Assembly (NCBI GenBank): GCA_963727775.1
Contig: CAVSHB010000002.1
Location: 128,001 to 192,000 of the forward strand
DNA from: an uncultured Nitrospiraceae bacterium
Lineage (GTDB): Bacteria; Nitrospirota; Thermodesulfovibrionia; Thermodesulfovibrionales; SM23-35
Reading direction: 5' to 3'
Length of the DNA stretch: 64,000 bases
Positions 50,391 through 60,467 of this stretch are shown one piece after another. The translations under genes and the position numbers were made by a program. Position 1 is the stretch's first letter. Each line of letters begins with the position of its first letter. The notes beneath the pieces were generated by a model. It worked only from the letters and a program-made list of their open reading frames with translations. It ran no database searches and was not told the DNA's origin.

Positions 50391-51312
50391 GAAATATGCA
50401 ATAGGCATAGACCTTGGCGGAACAAATATCAGGGTCGGTCTGGTTTCGGCAGCCGGTGAGGTTGAAAAAAAGATAAAAGAACCTACATCCGATAGTTTAC
50501 TTGAAACCATTATTAAGGCTGTAGACAGTCTTTTTTCCGATAAGGTTGTAGGGATAGGTATCGGCGTTGCCGGGGTTATTGACAGAAATAATAGAAAAGT
50601 CCTGAATTCGCCGAATCTTCACGCTGTTGAGGAAATCGACATTGCAAACGAAATGAAGCGAAGATTTTCGACGCCGGTTTTCATCGAGAATGACGCGAAT
50701 ACCGCCGCAGTCGGGGAGATGTGGATCGGCGCCGGGAAAGGTTTGTCGAGGTTTGTTCTCTTTACACTTGGCACAGGGATAGGGGGAGGAATAGTTCACG
50801 ATAAAAACCTCCTCGACATTTCAGCGGAAATCGGGCATATGACTATTAGTGCGGATGGGGAAAAATGTCACTGCGGGAATTACGGATGTCTTGAGTCTTA
50901 CGCGTCCGCGAGAGCTATCCGGTCAAAGACTGTATCGGTCCTTGAAACAGGCAGGGAGAGTTTGTTGCCCGGGTATTGCGGAGGCAACTTTTATAAGCTC
51001 ACAGTGGAGGATATTTTTAGGGCGGCACTCGACGGCGACAACCTTGCGAGAGAGGTATTTAAGAACGCAGGAAGATATCTTGGTATCGGTATAGCGAATA
51101 TGATTAATCTTATGAGCCCGGAGGCGATTATTCTGGCAGGAGGACTGATAGGAGCCTGGGATTTGTATATACAGGAAGCAATAAAAGAGGCGTCAAAAAG
51201 GGCCTTTAAGGAACTGTTTGAAAATGTGAAGATTGTTCCATCCATGCTTAAGGACGATGCGGGGACAGTCGGGGCAGCAGGGCTCGTGTTCTTTGGAAAT
51301 AATGAAACATAA
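50383..51312 (+). CDS. ROK family sugar kinase (glucokinase-like)
   Basis: GIDLGGT, ENDAN, GTGIGGG, EIGH, CHCGNYGCLE. Confidence 0.92.
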   Translation: MDKKYAIGIDLGGTNIRVGLVSAAGEVEKKIKEPTSDSLLETIIKAVDSLFSDKVVGIGIGVAGVIDRNNRKVLNSPNLHAVEEIDIANEMKRRFSTPVFIENDANTAAVGEMWIGAGKGLSRFVLFTLGTGIGGGIVHDKNLLDISAEIGHMTISADGEKCHCGNYGCLESYASARAIRSKTVSVLETGRESLLPGYCGGNFYKLTVEDIFRAALDGDNLAREVFKNAGRYLGIGIANMINLMSPEAIILAGGLIGAWDLYIQEAIKEASKRAFKELFENVKIVPSMLKDDAGTVGAAGLVFFGNNET

Positions 51313-51359
51313 AGATTGTTCGGTAACCCCGTATTTATTGCGGGAATAAACTACTATGC

Positions 51360-51980
51360 TTGGGGGAAGTTCAAGTGAAAAGTAAAAAGAAGCTGTTATG
51401 GGAATATGTAGAAGCTATAATTACGGCGTTGGTTCTTGCTCTGGTGATCAGGGCTTATGTCGTACAGGCGTTCAAGATACCGTCGGGGTCGATGATCCCG
51501 ACCCTTCTTATAGGAGACCATATACTTGTTAACAAGTTTATCTATGGCACGGAAATTCCCTTTACGGACAAGCGGGTATTGATACTCAGAAAACCTGAGA
51601 AGGGGGATATAATAGTCTTCAAATATCCGGAGAATCCTAAAAAGGATTTCATTAAGAGGGTCATCGCCACCGAAGGGGATGTGATAGAAGAGAGGAATAA
51701 GATTGTTTATATTAATGGGAAGGCGAGGGTTGAACCTTATATCCAGCATTATGACAGCGGTCTTAAATTTGGCGCTGATCCCAGAGATAACTTCGGGCCG
51801 TTGGTTGTGCCGAAGGACAAGTTTTTTGTAATGGGCGATAACCGGGACCAGAGTTATGACAGCAGGTACTGGGGTTTTGTTGATTTGAAAAGCATAAGGG
51901 GCAAGGCTCTAATTATATACTGGTCCTGGGACCCGAATAACTCTCTGAGGTTTAAAAGAATAGGGAGGTTAATAGAATGA
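51360..51980 (+). CDS. lepB: Signal peptidase I
   Basis: IPSGSMIPTL, FIKRV, MGDNRDQSYDSRYWG; the true start may be GTG at 51375. Confidence 0.96.
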   Translation: MGEVQVKSKKKLLWEYVEAIITALVLALVIRAYVVQAFKIPSGSMIPTLLIGDHILVNKFIYGTEIPFTDKRVLILRKPEKGDIIVFKYPENPKKDFIKRVIATEGDVIEERNKIVYINGKARVEPYIQHYDSGLKFGADPRDNFGPLVVPKDKFFVMGDNRDQSYDSRYWGFVDLKSIRGKALIIYWSWDPNNSLRFKRIGRLIE

Positions 51981-52324
51981 AAGATAAGATTGGCGATAAG
52001 GGTTTTATAAAAGGCTTTTTTACCATATTACTGCTTGTTGCCGTTGTTTTTGTTTTGATATCCTTTGGAAAACCGTACTTACGCTATTATACTCTCGGCT
52101 CCCATACCAGAGATTTTCTTAAAATGGAAATTGGGAACATTGATGTTATCAGAGCAAAAATAAAAGAAGAGGCAAAAGAGCTGAATATCCCCCTTGAGGA
52201 TAAAGATCTTGAAGTAACTCTCGATCAAAAGACAATCAGGGTTAAAGCAACTTGGTCCGAGACAGTCGATTTCTGGGGCTATTACCAGAAGAAACTGGAT
52301 TTTACCATGAATGAGGAGTATTGA
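51977..52324 (+). CDS. Small membrane-anchored protein with pilin-like N-terminus (DUF4845-like)
   Basis: KGF plus a hydrophobic helix; position directly after lepB. Confidence 0.55.
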   Translation: MKDKIGDKGFIKGFFTILLLVAVVFVLISFGKPYLRYYTLGSHTRDFLKMEIGNIDVIRAKIKEEAKELNIPLEDKDLEVTLDQKTIRVKATWSETVDFWGYYQKKLDFTMNEEY

Positions 52325-52966
52325 TTGTTTACGGGACTGATACTTGAAACGGGCGAGATAATGTCCGTTAAACAAAGGAGCGGCGGGGCGATACTCTCGC
52401 TCAAATCAAAGGAAACAGCTTCCGCTGCAAGATTAGGGGACAGCATATCTGTTAATGGAGTATGTCTTACTGTCGTGAATATAAGCGGCAATGAACTCTC
52501 CTTTGACTTATCTGATGAAACTTTGCGGAGCACAAACCTCGGCGGCCTTAAAAAAGGGGATCTTGTTAACATCGAGCCGTCTCTGAGTCCCTCTTCAAAG
52601 ATTGGAGGCCATTTTGTAACAGGGCATGTTGATACAGTTGGAAGGATCCGTTCAAAGACACATATCGGCGACATGCTGAAATTTGAAATTGAGGCACCCC
52701 CGAAGACAACGGGTTTTCTGGTCGAGAAAGGATCGGTTGCAGTGGATGGAATAAGCCTTACTGTTGTTGATATACTTAAAGATAGGTTTACGCTGGTGAT
52801 TATTCCTCATACTGCGAAACTCACGACGTTAGGTGTAAAAGGTGTCGGAGATTCCGTAAATATTGAGGTGGATATATTAGGAAAATATGTTGCAAGATTT
52901 TTAGACAGACAAGGAGATAAGGATTCGAGTTTTATGAAGACTTTGATGGAAGGAGGATATGTTTGA
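52325..52966 (+). CDS. ribE: Riboflavin synthase
   Basis: [39 protein letters not shown]. Confidence 0.96.
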   Translation: MFTGLILETGEIMSVKQRSGGAILSLKSKETASAARLGDSISVNGVCLTVVNISGNELSFDLSDETLRSTNLGGLKKGDLVNIEPSLSPSSKIGGHFVTGHVDTVGRIRSKTHIGDMLKFEIEAPPKTTGFLVEKGSVAVDGISLTVVDILKDRFTLVIIPHTAKLTTLGVKGVGDSVNIEVDILGKYVARFLDRQGDKDSSFMKTLMEGGYV

Positions 52967-54201
52967 TGCGGAACAACTCGGAGATTGTGAAAGATTATAA
53001 ATTCAATACGGTTGATGAGGCCATGGAAGATATAGAGAAAGGAAAGATGGTTATCCTTGTCGATGACGAAGACAGAGAAAATGAGGGTGATCTTTGTATG
53101 GCTGCGGAAAAGGTAACTCCCGGGGCGATCAACTTCATGGCAAAATACGGACGGGGGCTTATATGTCTGTCTCTTAAGCCTGAACGTGTCAGGGAACTTG
53201 ATCTTCCGATGATGACCGATGAGAATACTTCAACTTTCGGCACTGCCTTTACAGTTTCTATTGAGGCAAAAAGGGGTGTTACAACCGGGATATCTGCTGC
53301 TGACAGGGCAAGGACGATACTGACGGCAATTGACGCCGGGACAAAACCGGAGGATCTTTCAAGGCCCGGCCACGTCTTCCCTCTAAGGGCAATGCCGGGC
53401 GGTGTGCTGCAGAGGGCCGGACAAACAGAGGGATCTGTTGATTTGGCAAGGCTTGCGGGATTAAATCCGGCGGGAGTTATATGTGAAATAATGAGTGATG
53501 ACGGTACAATGGCAAGGGTGCCCGATCTTATGGAGTTTGCAAAAAAACATAATCTGAGAATAGTTACGGTTAAGGATATTATCAAATACAGGATGAGGAC
53601 CGAGCTATTTGTAAAGAGACTCGCAAATGTAAAATTGCCGACTACATATGGCGGCGATTTTAACGCTATCGCCTATGCCAACGACATAGACAACGTTGTC
53701 CATATCGCCTTGGTAAAAGGTCAAATAAAGCCGGAGGACGAGGTCCTCGTCAGGGTCCATTCCCAGTGTCTGACAGGAGATGTCTTTGCTTCGGAAAGAT
53801 GCGATTGCGGGGAACAACTCCATAAGGCGATGGAGAAGATAAGAAAAGAAGGTAAGGGGGTCATCCTATATATGAAGCAGGAAGGACGGGGGATCGGCCT
53901 GATTAATAAGCTGAAGGCTTATGAACTTCAGGACAAAGGTCTTGATACGGTCGAGGCCAACATTAAGCTTGGTTTTAAGCCGGACCTCAGAGATTATGGG
54001 ATCGGCGCGCAGATACTTGTCGACCTCGGCGTTCGGAAAATGAGGCTTATGACGAATAACCCTAAGAAAATTGTCGGATTGGAAGGGTATGGACTTAAGG
54101 TGGTGGAAAGGGTCCCTATAGAGACCAGCCCCACTGAAAGGAATATTGTCTATCTGAAGACAAAGAAGAAAAAGCTCGGGCATATGCTTGATAACGTTTA
54201 A
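52966..54201 (+). CDS. ribBA: DHBP synthase / GTP cyclohydrolase II
   Basis: [35 protein letters not shown]. Confidence 0.97.
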   Translation: MRNNSEIVKDYKFNTVDEAMEDIEKGKMVILVDDEDRENEGDLCMAAEKVTPGAINFMAKYGRGLICLSLKPERVRELDLPMMTDENTSTFGTAFTVSIEAKRGVTTGISAADRARTILTAIDAGTKPEDLSRPGHVFPLRAMPGGVLQRAGQTEGSVDLARLAGLNPAGVICEIMSDDGTMARVPDLMEFAKKHNLRIVTVKDIIKYRMRTELFVKRLANVKLPTTYGGDFNAIAYANDIDNVVHIALVKGQIKPEDEVLVRVHSQCLTGDVFASERCDCGEQLHKAMEKIRKEGKGVILYMKQEGRGIGLINKLKAYELQDKGLDTVEANIKLGFKPDLRDYGIGAQILVDLGVRKMRLMTNNPKKIVGLEGYGLKVVERVPIETSPTERNIVYLKTKKKKLGHMLDNV

Positions 54202-54291
54202 GGATAATTTCTAAGAAGTGCGGAAGTAATTCGAAAAATATTTTTTCCATAACATCGGCAATATATCCTTTGTATAAGGAGGGAGGGTTTT

Positions 54292-54753
54292 ATGAAGGTT
54301 ATAGAGGGTGAGCTTCAGGCAAAAGGTTTAAAGTTCGGAATCGTGATGAGCAGGTTTAATGATTTCATTACGAGTAAACTTCTTGACGGCGCGGTTGACG
54401 CGCTGGTAAGACATGGCGCAAAGGAAGATGATATAGATGTTATGAAAGTGCCCGGCTCTTTCGAGATCCCTATGGTAGCCAAAAGAATGGCACTAAAAGG
54501 GGTTTACAACGCTATTATATGCATAGGGACTGTAATAAGAGGTTCGACCCCGCATTTTGAATATATTGCAGCAGAGGTTTCAAAAGGTATTGCGACAGCA
54601 TCAATGGAGACAGGTGTCCCGATTGCATTCGGAGTCATAACAAGCGATACAATCGAGCAGGCTGTTGAAAGAGCTGGCACGAAAAGCGGAAACAAAGGGT
54701 GGGATGCCGCGATAAGTGCTATTGAGATGGCGCAACTCCTGAAAAAAATATGA
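54292..54753 (+). CDS. ribH: 6,7-dimethyl-8-ribityllumazine synthase
   Basis: [24 protein letters not shown]. Confidence 0.97.
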   Translation: MKVIEGELQAKGLKFGIVMSRFNDFITSKLLDGAVDALVRHGAKEDDIDVMKVPGSFEIPMVAKRMALKGVYNAIICIGTVIRGSTPHFEYIAAEVSKGIATASMETGVPIAFGVITSDTIEQAVERAGTKSGNKGWDAAISAIEMAQLLKKI

Positions 54754-54763
54754 AGCCGGAATA

Positions 54764-54839
54764 TAGTAAACAGCAGGCAGCATGCCGGAGGGATTCTTTT
54801 TGATATCACTAGTTTGTTGTTTACAGGCTGCTGCCTGCT
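54764..54839. repeat. Inverted repeat built from degenerate heptamers between ribH and nusB
   Basis: AGCAGGCAGCA (54772-54782) and TGCTGCCTGCT (54829-54839) are exact reverse complements. Confidence 0.55.
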
Positions 54840-54844
54840 AAATC

Positions 54845-55255
54845 ATGAAACGGCGGAAGGCGAGGGAATACGCGCTTCAGATGTTGTTCCAGTCTGATTT
54901 TACGAAAAAGAAGATTGACAGAAAGGACCTTGAGGAGTTCTGGTCCGGGAAGACTGAAAGCGAGAAGGTTAAGGGCTTTGCGGAGGAGCTGGTAAAGGGT
55001 ACTCTGGACAGTCTCGATGAAATCGATAAAACGATTGAAAGAGTTGCAGAAAATTGGCTGCTGAAAAGGATGGCTGCGGTTGATAGAAACATACTCAGGT
55101 TTGCAGCATACGAGATACTTTACAGGAAGGATATTCCATCTGCTGTTACAATCAATGAAGCGCTGGAGATAGCAAAAAAATATTCTTCAACAGAGGCGGC
55201 GTCTTTTTTAAATGGAGTCCTTGACCGGCTTGCGAAAGAAACAGGTAAAATCTGA
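54845..55255 (+). CDS. nusB: Transcription antitermination factor NusB
   Basis: RRKAREYALQ, VDRNILR, INEALEIAK, FLNGVLD. Confidence 0.96.
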   Translation: MKRRKAREYALQMLFQSDFTKKKIDRKDLEEFWSGKTESEKVKGFAEELVKGTLDSLDEIDKTIERVAENWLLKRMAAVDRNILRFAAYEILYRKDIPSAVTINEALEIAKKYSSTEAASFLNGVLDRLAKETGKI

Positions 55256-55980
55256 TGCACTATGCCGTGCTCTCCGATGTCCATTCAAACCTTGAGGCAC
55301 TCGATGCCGTGCTTGCCGACATACAACAGAAGAAGATACGGGATTTATTGTTTATCGGAGACGCCGTTGGATACGGTCCGAACCCGAATGAGTGCCTGAA
55401 TCAACTTACAGGAAAATGCAAAGCGCTCCTTGCGGGAAATCATGATTGGGGGGTAATAGGACTGACGGATATGTCTTATTTTAATGAATATGCGCGGTAT
55501 GCCGTTGAGTGGACGCAAAGGGTAATCACAGAAGAAAATAAGAAAGTACTCAAGTCATTCCCTGTTACAAAGGAACTCAGGGATGAGGATGTCCTCCTTG
55601 TGCACTCAACCCCGAAAGAACCCGGGGAATGGCACTATCTCCTGACTCTCTGGGATGCGGAGATAAACTTCCAGTATTTCAATAACAAATTCTGTTTTCT
55701 CGGGCACAGCCATCAACCGTTTATTATAGAAAAACTGCCGTCGGGAGAGTTTGTGACTTACAAGAATGCCGCGAAGATAAGGAAAAGCAGAAGGTATATA
55801 ATTAATGCCGGCAGCGTCGGCCAGCCTCGTGATGGAGATCCCAGAGCCTGCTATGCCGTCATAAATGATGAGGAAGTAGCGCTGATGAGGGTCCCTTATG
55901 ATATTGTAAGTGTGCAGAATAAGATGAAGAAAGAAAAATTGCCCCTTATACTGATAGAAAGGCTATTAATCGGGAGATAA
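55255..55980 (+). CDS. Calcineurin-like metallophosphoesterase
   Basis: SDVHSN, GDAVGYG, GNHD, GHSH, NAGSVGQPRDGD. Confidence 0.9.
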   Translation: MHYAVLSDVHSNLEALDAVLADIQQKKIRDLLFIGDAVGYGPNPNECLNQLTGKCKALLAGNHDWGVIGLTDMSYFNEYARYAVEWTQRVITEENKKVLKSFPVTKELRDEDVLLVHSTPKEPGEWHYLLTLWDAEINFQYFNNKFCFLGHSHQPFIIEKLPSGEFVTYKNAAKIRKSRRYIINAGSVGQPRDGDPRACYAVINDEEVALMRVPYDIVSVQNKMKKEKLPLILIERLLIGR

Positions 55981-55981
55981 G

Positions 55982-57763
55982 ATGAGACATAAAGAAGGAT
56001 ACAGGTCAAAGGATATGGGGTACAGAATTCAGAAATTAAAGAGGATGCATTGTTTTTTACCTCTCTGCTTGCTCCTTTTTTTCTGCTGTTTGCTTTCTGC
56101 TGCTTACGCTGCCGATAATCCACTCGACAGAATGAGAGATGAAACCCTTTCTTACTTCAAACCTGTGACCGGCAGGATAACGACGGTGGAGGACAAAAAA
56201 GTTACTGTAAGCATCGGGGCAAAAGACGCTGTGAAGGCGGGCATGAGATTCAATATATTCAGAGAAGAAGCGCCGTTTAAACACCCTGTTACAAAAGAAC
56301 CATTGGGGAATTTGGAGGCTTTAATCGGAAGGCTCGATATCAAACAGGTAAATCCGGATTCTGCTGAGGGAACAATTATTGAAGGCAATGTTAAGGAAGG
56401 CGATAAGATCAGGATATCTGAAATTAAAGTAAATATGCTTTTCTATCAATCAAAAGACACAGACTGGCATCTGGCTGACTCTTATTATAAAGAACTTAAG
56501 GATACAGGAAGGTTTAATTTATTAGATACGGGCCTTGACGCTGACAACCCGGCAAAGGTTATCGAAGAGGGGAAAAAAGTCCATGCGGAAGTTGTCCTTC
56601 TTCTGACGTCTAAGACGGGCGAGTCGGGCACATTGCTTGCCCAGAGGCTTTTCTGGGTATCGGATGGGATAAAATTTTCCGATACAGACATAAATATCAG
56701 TCCGGCCTTTGCAAAGGATGTGAAGACCGGCGGGAAATTCTTCAAACCGGTTGAGCAGGAGGAATATTTGCGGCTCGCATTGCCGTCCGACGCAAAGCAC
56801 ATAACGGTAGCTGATGTTGAAGGTAAGGGCAGGAAGGATATCGTTTTAGCCGCTGAGAAGGATGTCAGGTTCTACACGTTAGGCGCCGACCTACAGCCGG
56901 CCCATGGTGGTGCAAAAATAGAAGGCTCCAACCGGGATACTTATCTTTGGCTCGATTCAATCGATCTGAATGGAAACGGAAAGGATGAGATCATTGTCAC
57001 ATCGATGAAAGGGGAGGAGGTCTTTTCCTATATTTATGAAATGAAAGATGGTGAATTTGTTCTCCTCTATAAAGATAATGTATTCATGCGAAGGATGGGG
57101 GACAAGCTTATCGCACAGTCTTTTTCACGCGCCGAGGGGTTCAGCGGCGACGTATTCACCGTAGTCTGGGATGGAGGATTCAAAAGGGGTAGTTCGATAA
57201 AACTCCCCCGGAACGTCAATATTTACGACTTCATATTTATCGATGATGCACAGGCAGGCAGGCTTGTACTCGCATACGACGAAGATGGGTTCCTTAACCT
57301 TTATAACAGCAAAGAGGTAAGGATATGGAGGAGCAAGACCGGCACAGGCGGTTTTCTCGCGACATTCAAAAAATCTTCTTCCGCAACAACCTCAACGGGT
57401 AGGGATTTCACTTCTGCGTTATCAGGAACAACCTTGGTTGAGAGGGGCGACTGGTCCGTTAAGGACAGATTATGCCTGAGAAATAATGATGTCCTCGCTG
57501 TCAGCAGGGTCCCTCTCCTGGAGGCTATAAGGGGGTTCGGGTTCAAGAGATCGGAGATTAAAGCTATATGGTGGAACGGACTCTCGGCGGAAGAAGGCAG
57601 GTTTATAAATAATATAAGCGGCACTATATTTGATTATGCCGTCTCCGGCGATAAAATATTTGTTCTTGCAAGCCCTATGTTCGGAATTAACCCTGGGAAT
57701 ATACTGAAGGGAGAAAATCCCCTCAAATCGGAGATATACATTTTTAATATGAAAGGGATGTAA
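55982..57763 (+). CDS. Secreted protein with FG-GAP/VCBS-like repeats
   Basis: Signal peptide ending AYA; ADVEGKGRKDIV and DLNGNGKDEIIV repeats. The start may be ATG 56045. Confidence 0.7.
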   Translation: MRHKEGYRSKDMGYRIQKLKRMHCFLPLCLLLFFCCLLSAAYAADNPLDRMRDETLSYFKPVTGRITTVEDKKVTVSIGAKDAVKAGMRFNIFREEAPFKHPVTKEPLGNLEALIGRLDIKQVNPDSAEGTIIEGNVKEGDKIRISEIKVNMLFYQSKDTDWHLADSYYKELKDTGRFNLLDTGLDADNPAKVIEEGKKVHAEVVLLLTSKTGESGTLLAQRLFWVSDGIKFSDTDINISPAFAKDVKTGGKFFKPVEQEEYLRLALPSDAKHITVADVEGKGRKDIVLAAEKDVRFYTLGADLQPAHGGAKIEGSNRDTYLWLDSIDLNGNGKDEIIVTSMKGEEVFSYIYEMKDGEFVLLYKDNVFMRRMGDKLIAQSFSRAEGFSGDVFTVVWDGGFKRGSSIKLPRNVNIYDFIFIDDAQAGRLVLAYDEDGFLNLYNSKEVRIWRSKTGTGGFLATFKKSSSATTSTGRDFTSALSGTTLVERGDWSVKDRLCLRNNDVLAVSRVPLLEAIRGFGFKRSEIKAIWWNGLSAEEGRFINNISGTIFDYAVSGDKIFVLASPMFGINPGNILKGENPLKSEIYIFNMKGM

Positions 57764-57770
57764 GAAAACC

Positions 57771-58490
57771 GTGTTATTGAACGGTCGAATACCAAAGCAT
57801 ATCGGCATTATCATGGACGGTAACGGAAGATGGGCGTCGTCGCGGGGCCTGCCCAGAATAGAAGGACACAGGCGAGGTGTCGAGAGGACGAAAGAGGTGA
57901 TTGAGGTATCCGCGGAGATCGGGCTGAAGACACTGACGCTTTTTGCCTTTTCTACCGAGAACTGGCGGAGACCCTCGTCTGAAGTCACGACCTTGATGAA
58001 GCTTTTCGAATTATATCTAAAGAAAGAAATCGGGAATTTAATGAAACACGGCATTGTCTTTAAAACAATCGGTGATTTATGGAGGCTGCCTGAAGATTTG
58101 CAGAGTGTCATTAGGGATACCGAACAAAAGACTTCCTACAATAAAGGCATGGTCCTTGTCGCTGCATGGAGCTACAGCGGCCGGAATGAGATTCTCAGGG
58201 CGGTAAAGAAGATGCTCTACTCGGGTATCACGCCCGAAGAGCTGACGGAAGATATGTTCGCTTCCAATCTCGATACCTCCGGCCTTCCAGATCCGGATCT
58301 AATTATAAGAACGAGCGGAGAGATGCGTATCAGCAACTTCCTTCTCTGGCAATCTGCATATTCGGAGTTTTATTTTACGGACACGCTCTGGCCTGATTTT
58401 TCAAAAGATGAATTTCGCCGCGCGATACAAGATTATCAGGGAAGGGAACGCAGGTTTGGGGCCATTCCCGTGAGGGCAGATGCACCTTAA
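57771..58490 (+). CDS. uppS: Undecaprenyl diphosphate synthase
   Basis: IIMDGNGRWA, FSTENWRRP, IRTSGEMRISNF, RRFG. Confidence 0.96.
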   Translation: MLLNGRIPKHIGIIMDGNGRWASSRGLPRIEGHRRGVERTKEVIEVSAEIGLKTLTLFAFSTENWRRPSSEVTTLMKLFELYLKKEIGNLMKHGIVFKTIGDLWRLPEDLQSVIRDTEQKTSYNKGMVLVAAWSYSGRNEILRAVKKMLYSGITPEELTEDMFASNLDTSGLPDPDLIIRTSGEMRISNFLLWQSAYSEFYFTDTLWPDFSKDEFRRAIQDYQGRERRFGAIPVRADAP

Positions 58491-59268
58491 GCGTCTGATT
58501 GTTGCTGCAGTTTTTCTGCCTCTCATTTATCTTTATGTCATGCATCTTTCTTCACAATATTTTTTCTTTCTCCTCGCGGTCATAGTTTTTACGGCCCTAT
58601 CGGAGTTTTATTCCATGTATCGGGTAACGGGGCTCTTGAAATATGTCTCTTTGTTTTTCGGGGTCATACTCCTCGGTACGGCGTATCTCGCAAAGAATAT
58701 CCTGCCGGATATCATGGTTGTTTCGGTAATGGCAATAATGGTTATAAGGCTTTTGTCTAAGAGGGACCCTGTTACCTCGCTTTTCGATATCGCGCCCCCT
58801 ATTATAGGTCTCTTATATATCTCGGGATTATTATCTTTCCAGGCACAGCTCAGGGAAATAGGTCCTAAATGGATAATCTTTCTTTATGCGACGGTATGGG
58901 CGTCTGATTCAATGGCATATTACATAGGCAAGGGGATCGGGAAAAGAAGACTTTACAGGGAAGTGAGTCCGAACAAGACGGTTGCAGGCGCGGTAGGTTC
59001 GGTCATGGGAGGCGCGCTGGGCGCGCTTTTGCTCAGTGCCGCCTTTGTCCCGCATATCAGGATAACTTCAGCAATATTCATTGGCATAATGATAGGAATA
59101 ATTTCTATAATAGGCGATCTTATTGAATCTATGTTTAAAAGGGATGCGGGGGTCAAGGATTCCGGCGTCATAATCCCCGGGCATGGGGGGATATTGGACA
59201 AGATTGACGGGTCCCTGTTTGCAGGTCCTGCTTTGTACTGGATATTAACCGCATTAGGATTAAAATGA
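58480..59268 (+). CDS. cdsA: Phosphatidate cytidylyltransferase
   Basis: SPNKT, GDLIESMFKRDAGVKDSG, PGHGGILD. Confidence 0.95.
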   Translation: MHLKRLIVAAVFLPLIYLYVMHLSSQYFFFLLAVIVFTALSEFYSMYRVTGLLKYVSLFFGVILLGTAYLAKNILPDIMVVSVMAIMVIRLLSKRDPVTSLFDIAPPIIGLLYISGLLSFQAQLREIGPKWIIFLYATVWASDSMAYYIGKGIGKRRLYREVSPNKTVAGAVGSVMGGALGALLLSAAFVPHIRITSAIFIGIMIGIISIIGDLIESMFKRDAGVKDSGVIIPGHGGILDKIDGSLFAGPALYWILTALGLK

Positions 59269-59306
59269 AGGCATATTTATGACGCGATATATGGGGTAAA
59301 CAGGCA

Positions 59307-60467
59307 ATGATGAAACGCATAACAATTCTCGGATCAACGGGCTCCATCGGGAGAAGCGCCCTCAACATCGTTTCACGGCACAGAGATAAATTTAAAGTCG
59401 CTGTTTTAACGGCGGGAAATAATGTCGCCCTTCTTGAAAAACAGATTAAAACTTTCTCTCCCAGGATTGTGGCTGTGGCCGATAAGACCGCTGCGGGGGA
59501 GCTGAGAAAAAAAATGGGGAAGTCTTCCCGGTCTTTAGAGATACTGTCGGGACGGGACGGAGTTGCGGTCGCAGCAGCGTATGAAAAGTCGGACTTTGTC
59601 TTATCCGCGATTGTCGGCGCCGCAGGTCTGATGCCGACGCTCTCTGCAATACGCTCCGGAAAGACTATAGGACTTGCGAATAAAGAAGCGCTGGTGATGG
59701 CGGGAAGGATAATGATAAAGGAATCAATAAAGTATGGGGCAAAGATTCTTCCCGTCGACAGCGAACATAATGCCATCTTCCAATGTATTGAGGGACACAT
59801 AAAATCCGCTGTAAGAAAAATTATCCTGACGGCTTCCGGCGGACCCTTTATCGGCAAGAGCATTCGGGACCTGAATGGAATTACGCCCGCGATGGCGCTT
59901 AAGCATCCGAGGTGGAAGATGGGCAAGAAGATAACCATAGACTCTGCAACACTCATGAATAAGGGGTTCGAGGTGATCGAAGCGCATCATCTGTTCGGTC
60001 TTCCTCCGGAAAGGATAGATGTTCTTGTTCATCCGCAAAGCATTGTGCATTCCATTGTCGAATTTAATGACAGGAGTTGCATTGCGCAACTCTCAGTGCC
60101 TGATATGAAGGGCCCTATCGCATATGCGCTTACATATCCGCAAAGGCTTGATGATGTGATCGATGGGCTTTCACTTCATGAGATCGGCGCACTTACTTTC
60201 GAAAAACCTGAAAACAAAAACTTTCCATGCCTCTCTTACGCCTATGCTGCATTGGAAGCGGGCGGTACTATGCCTTCTGTTGTGAATGCGGCCAATGAGG
60301 TTGCCGTAAATGCATTTCTGAAAGGCGCAATCAGGTTCACCGAGATATCCCGGATAATCAGAAAGACCATGGACGCTCATTCTTTAAAGGCTGATGGAAA
60401 ACTTGATGTTGTGATTGAAGCCGATATGTGGGCGAGGGAAAAAGCGGAAAGGTTCATCAACGGATGA
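59307..60467 (+). CDS. dxr: 1-deoxy-D-xylulose-5-phosphate reductoisomerase
   Basis: LGSTGSIG, LANKE, PVDSEH, TASGGPF, NKGFEVIEA. Confidence 0.97.
   Translation: MMKRITILGSTGSIGRSALNIVSRHRDKFKVAVLTAGNNVALLEKQIKTFSPRIVAVADKTAAGELRKKMGKSSRSLEILSGRDGVAVAAAYEKSDFVLSAIVGAAGLMPTLSAIRSGKTIGLANKEALVMAGRIMIKESIKYGAKILPVDSEHNAIFQCIEGHIKSAVRKIILTASGGPFIGKSIRDLNGITPAMALKHPRWKMGKKITIDSATLMNKGFEVIEAHHLFGLPPERIDVLVHPQSIVHSIVEFNDRSCIAQLSVPDMKGPIAYALTYPQRLDDVIDGLSLHEIGALTFEKPENKNFPCLSYAYAALEAGGTMPSVVNAANEVAVNAFLKGAIRFTEISRIIRKTMDAHSLKADGKLDVVIEADMWAREKAERFING

Noticed and set aside
51977..52325. FMN riboswitch ahead of the rib genes
   Set aside because: ribE abuts the upstream gene, leaving no leader space.
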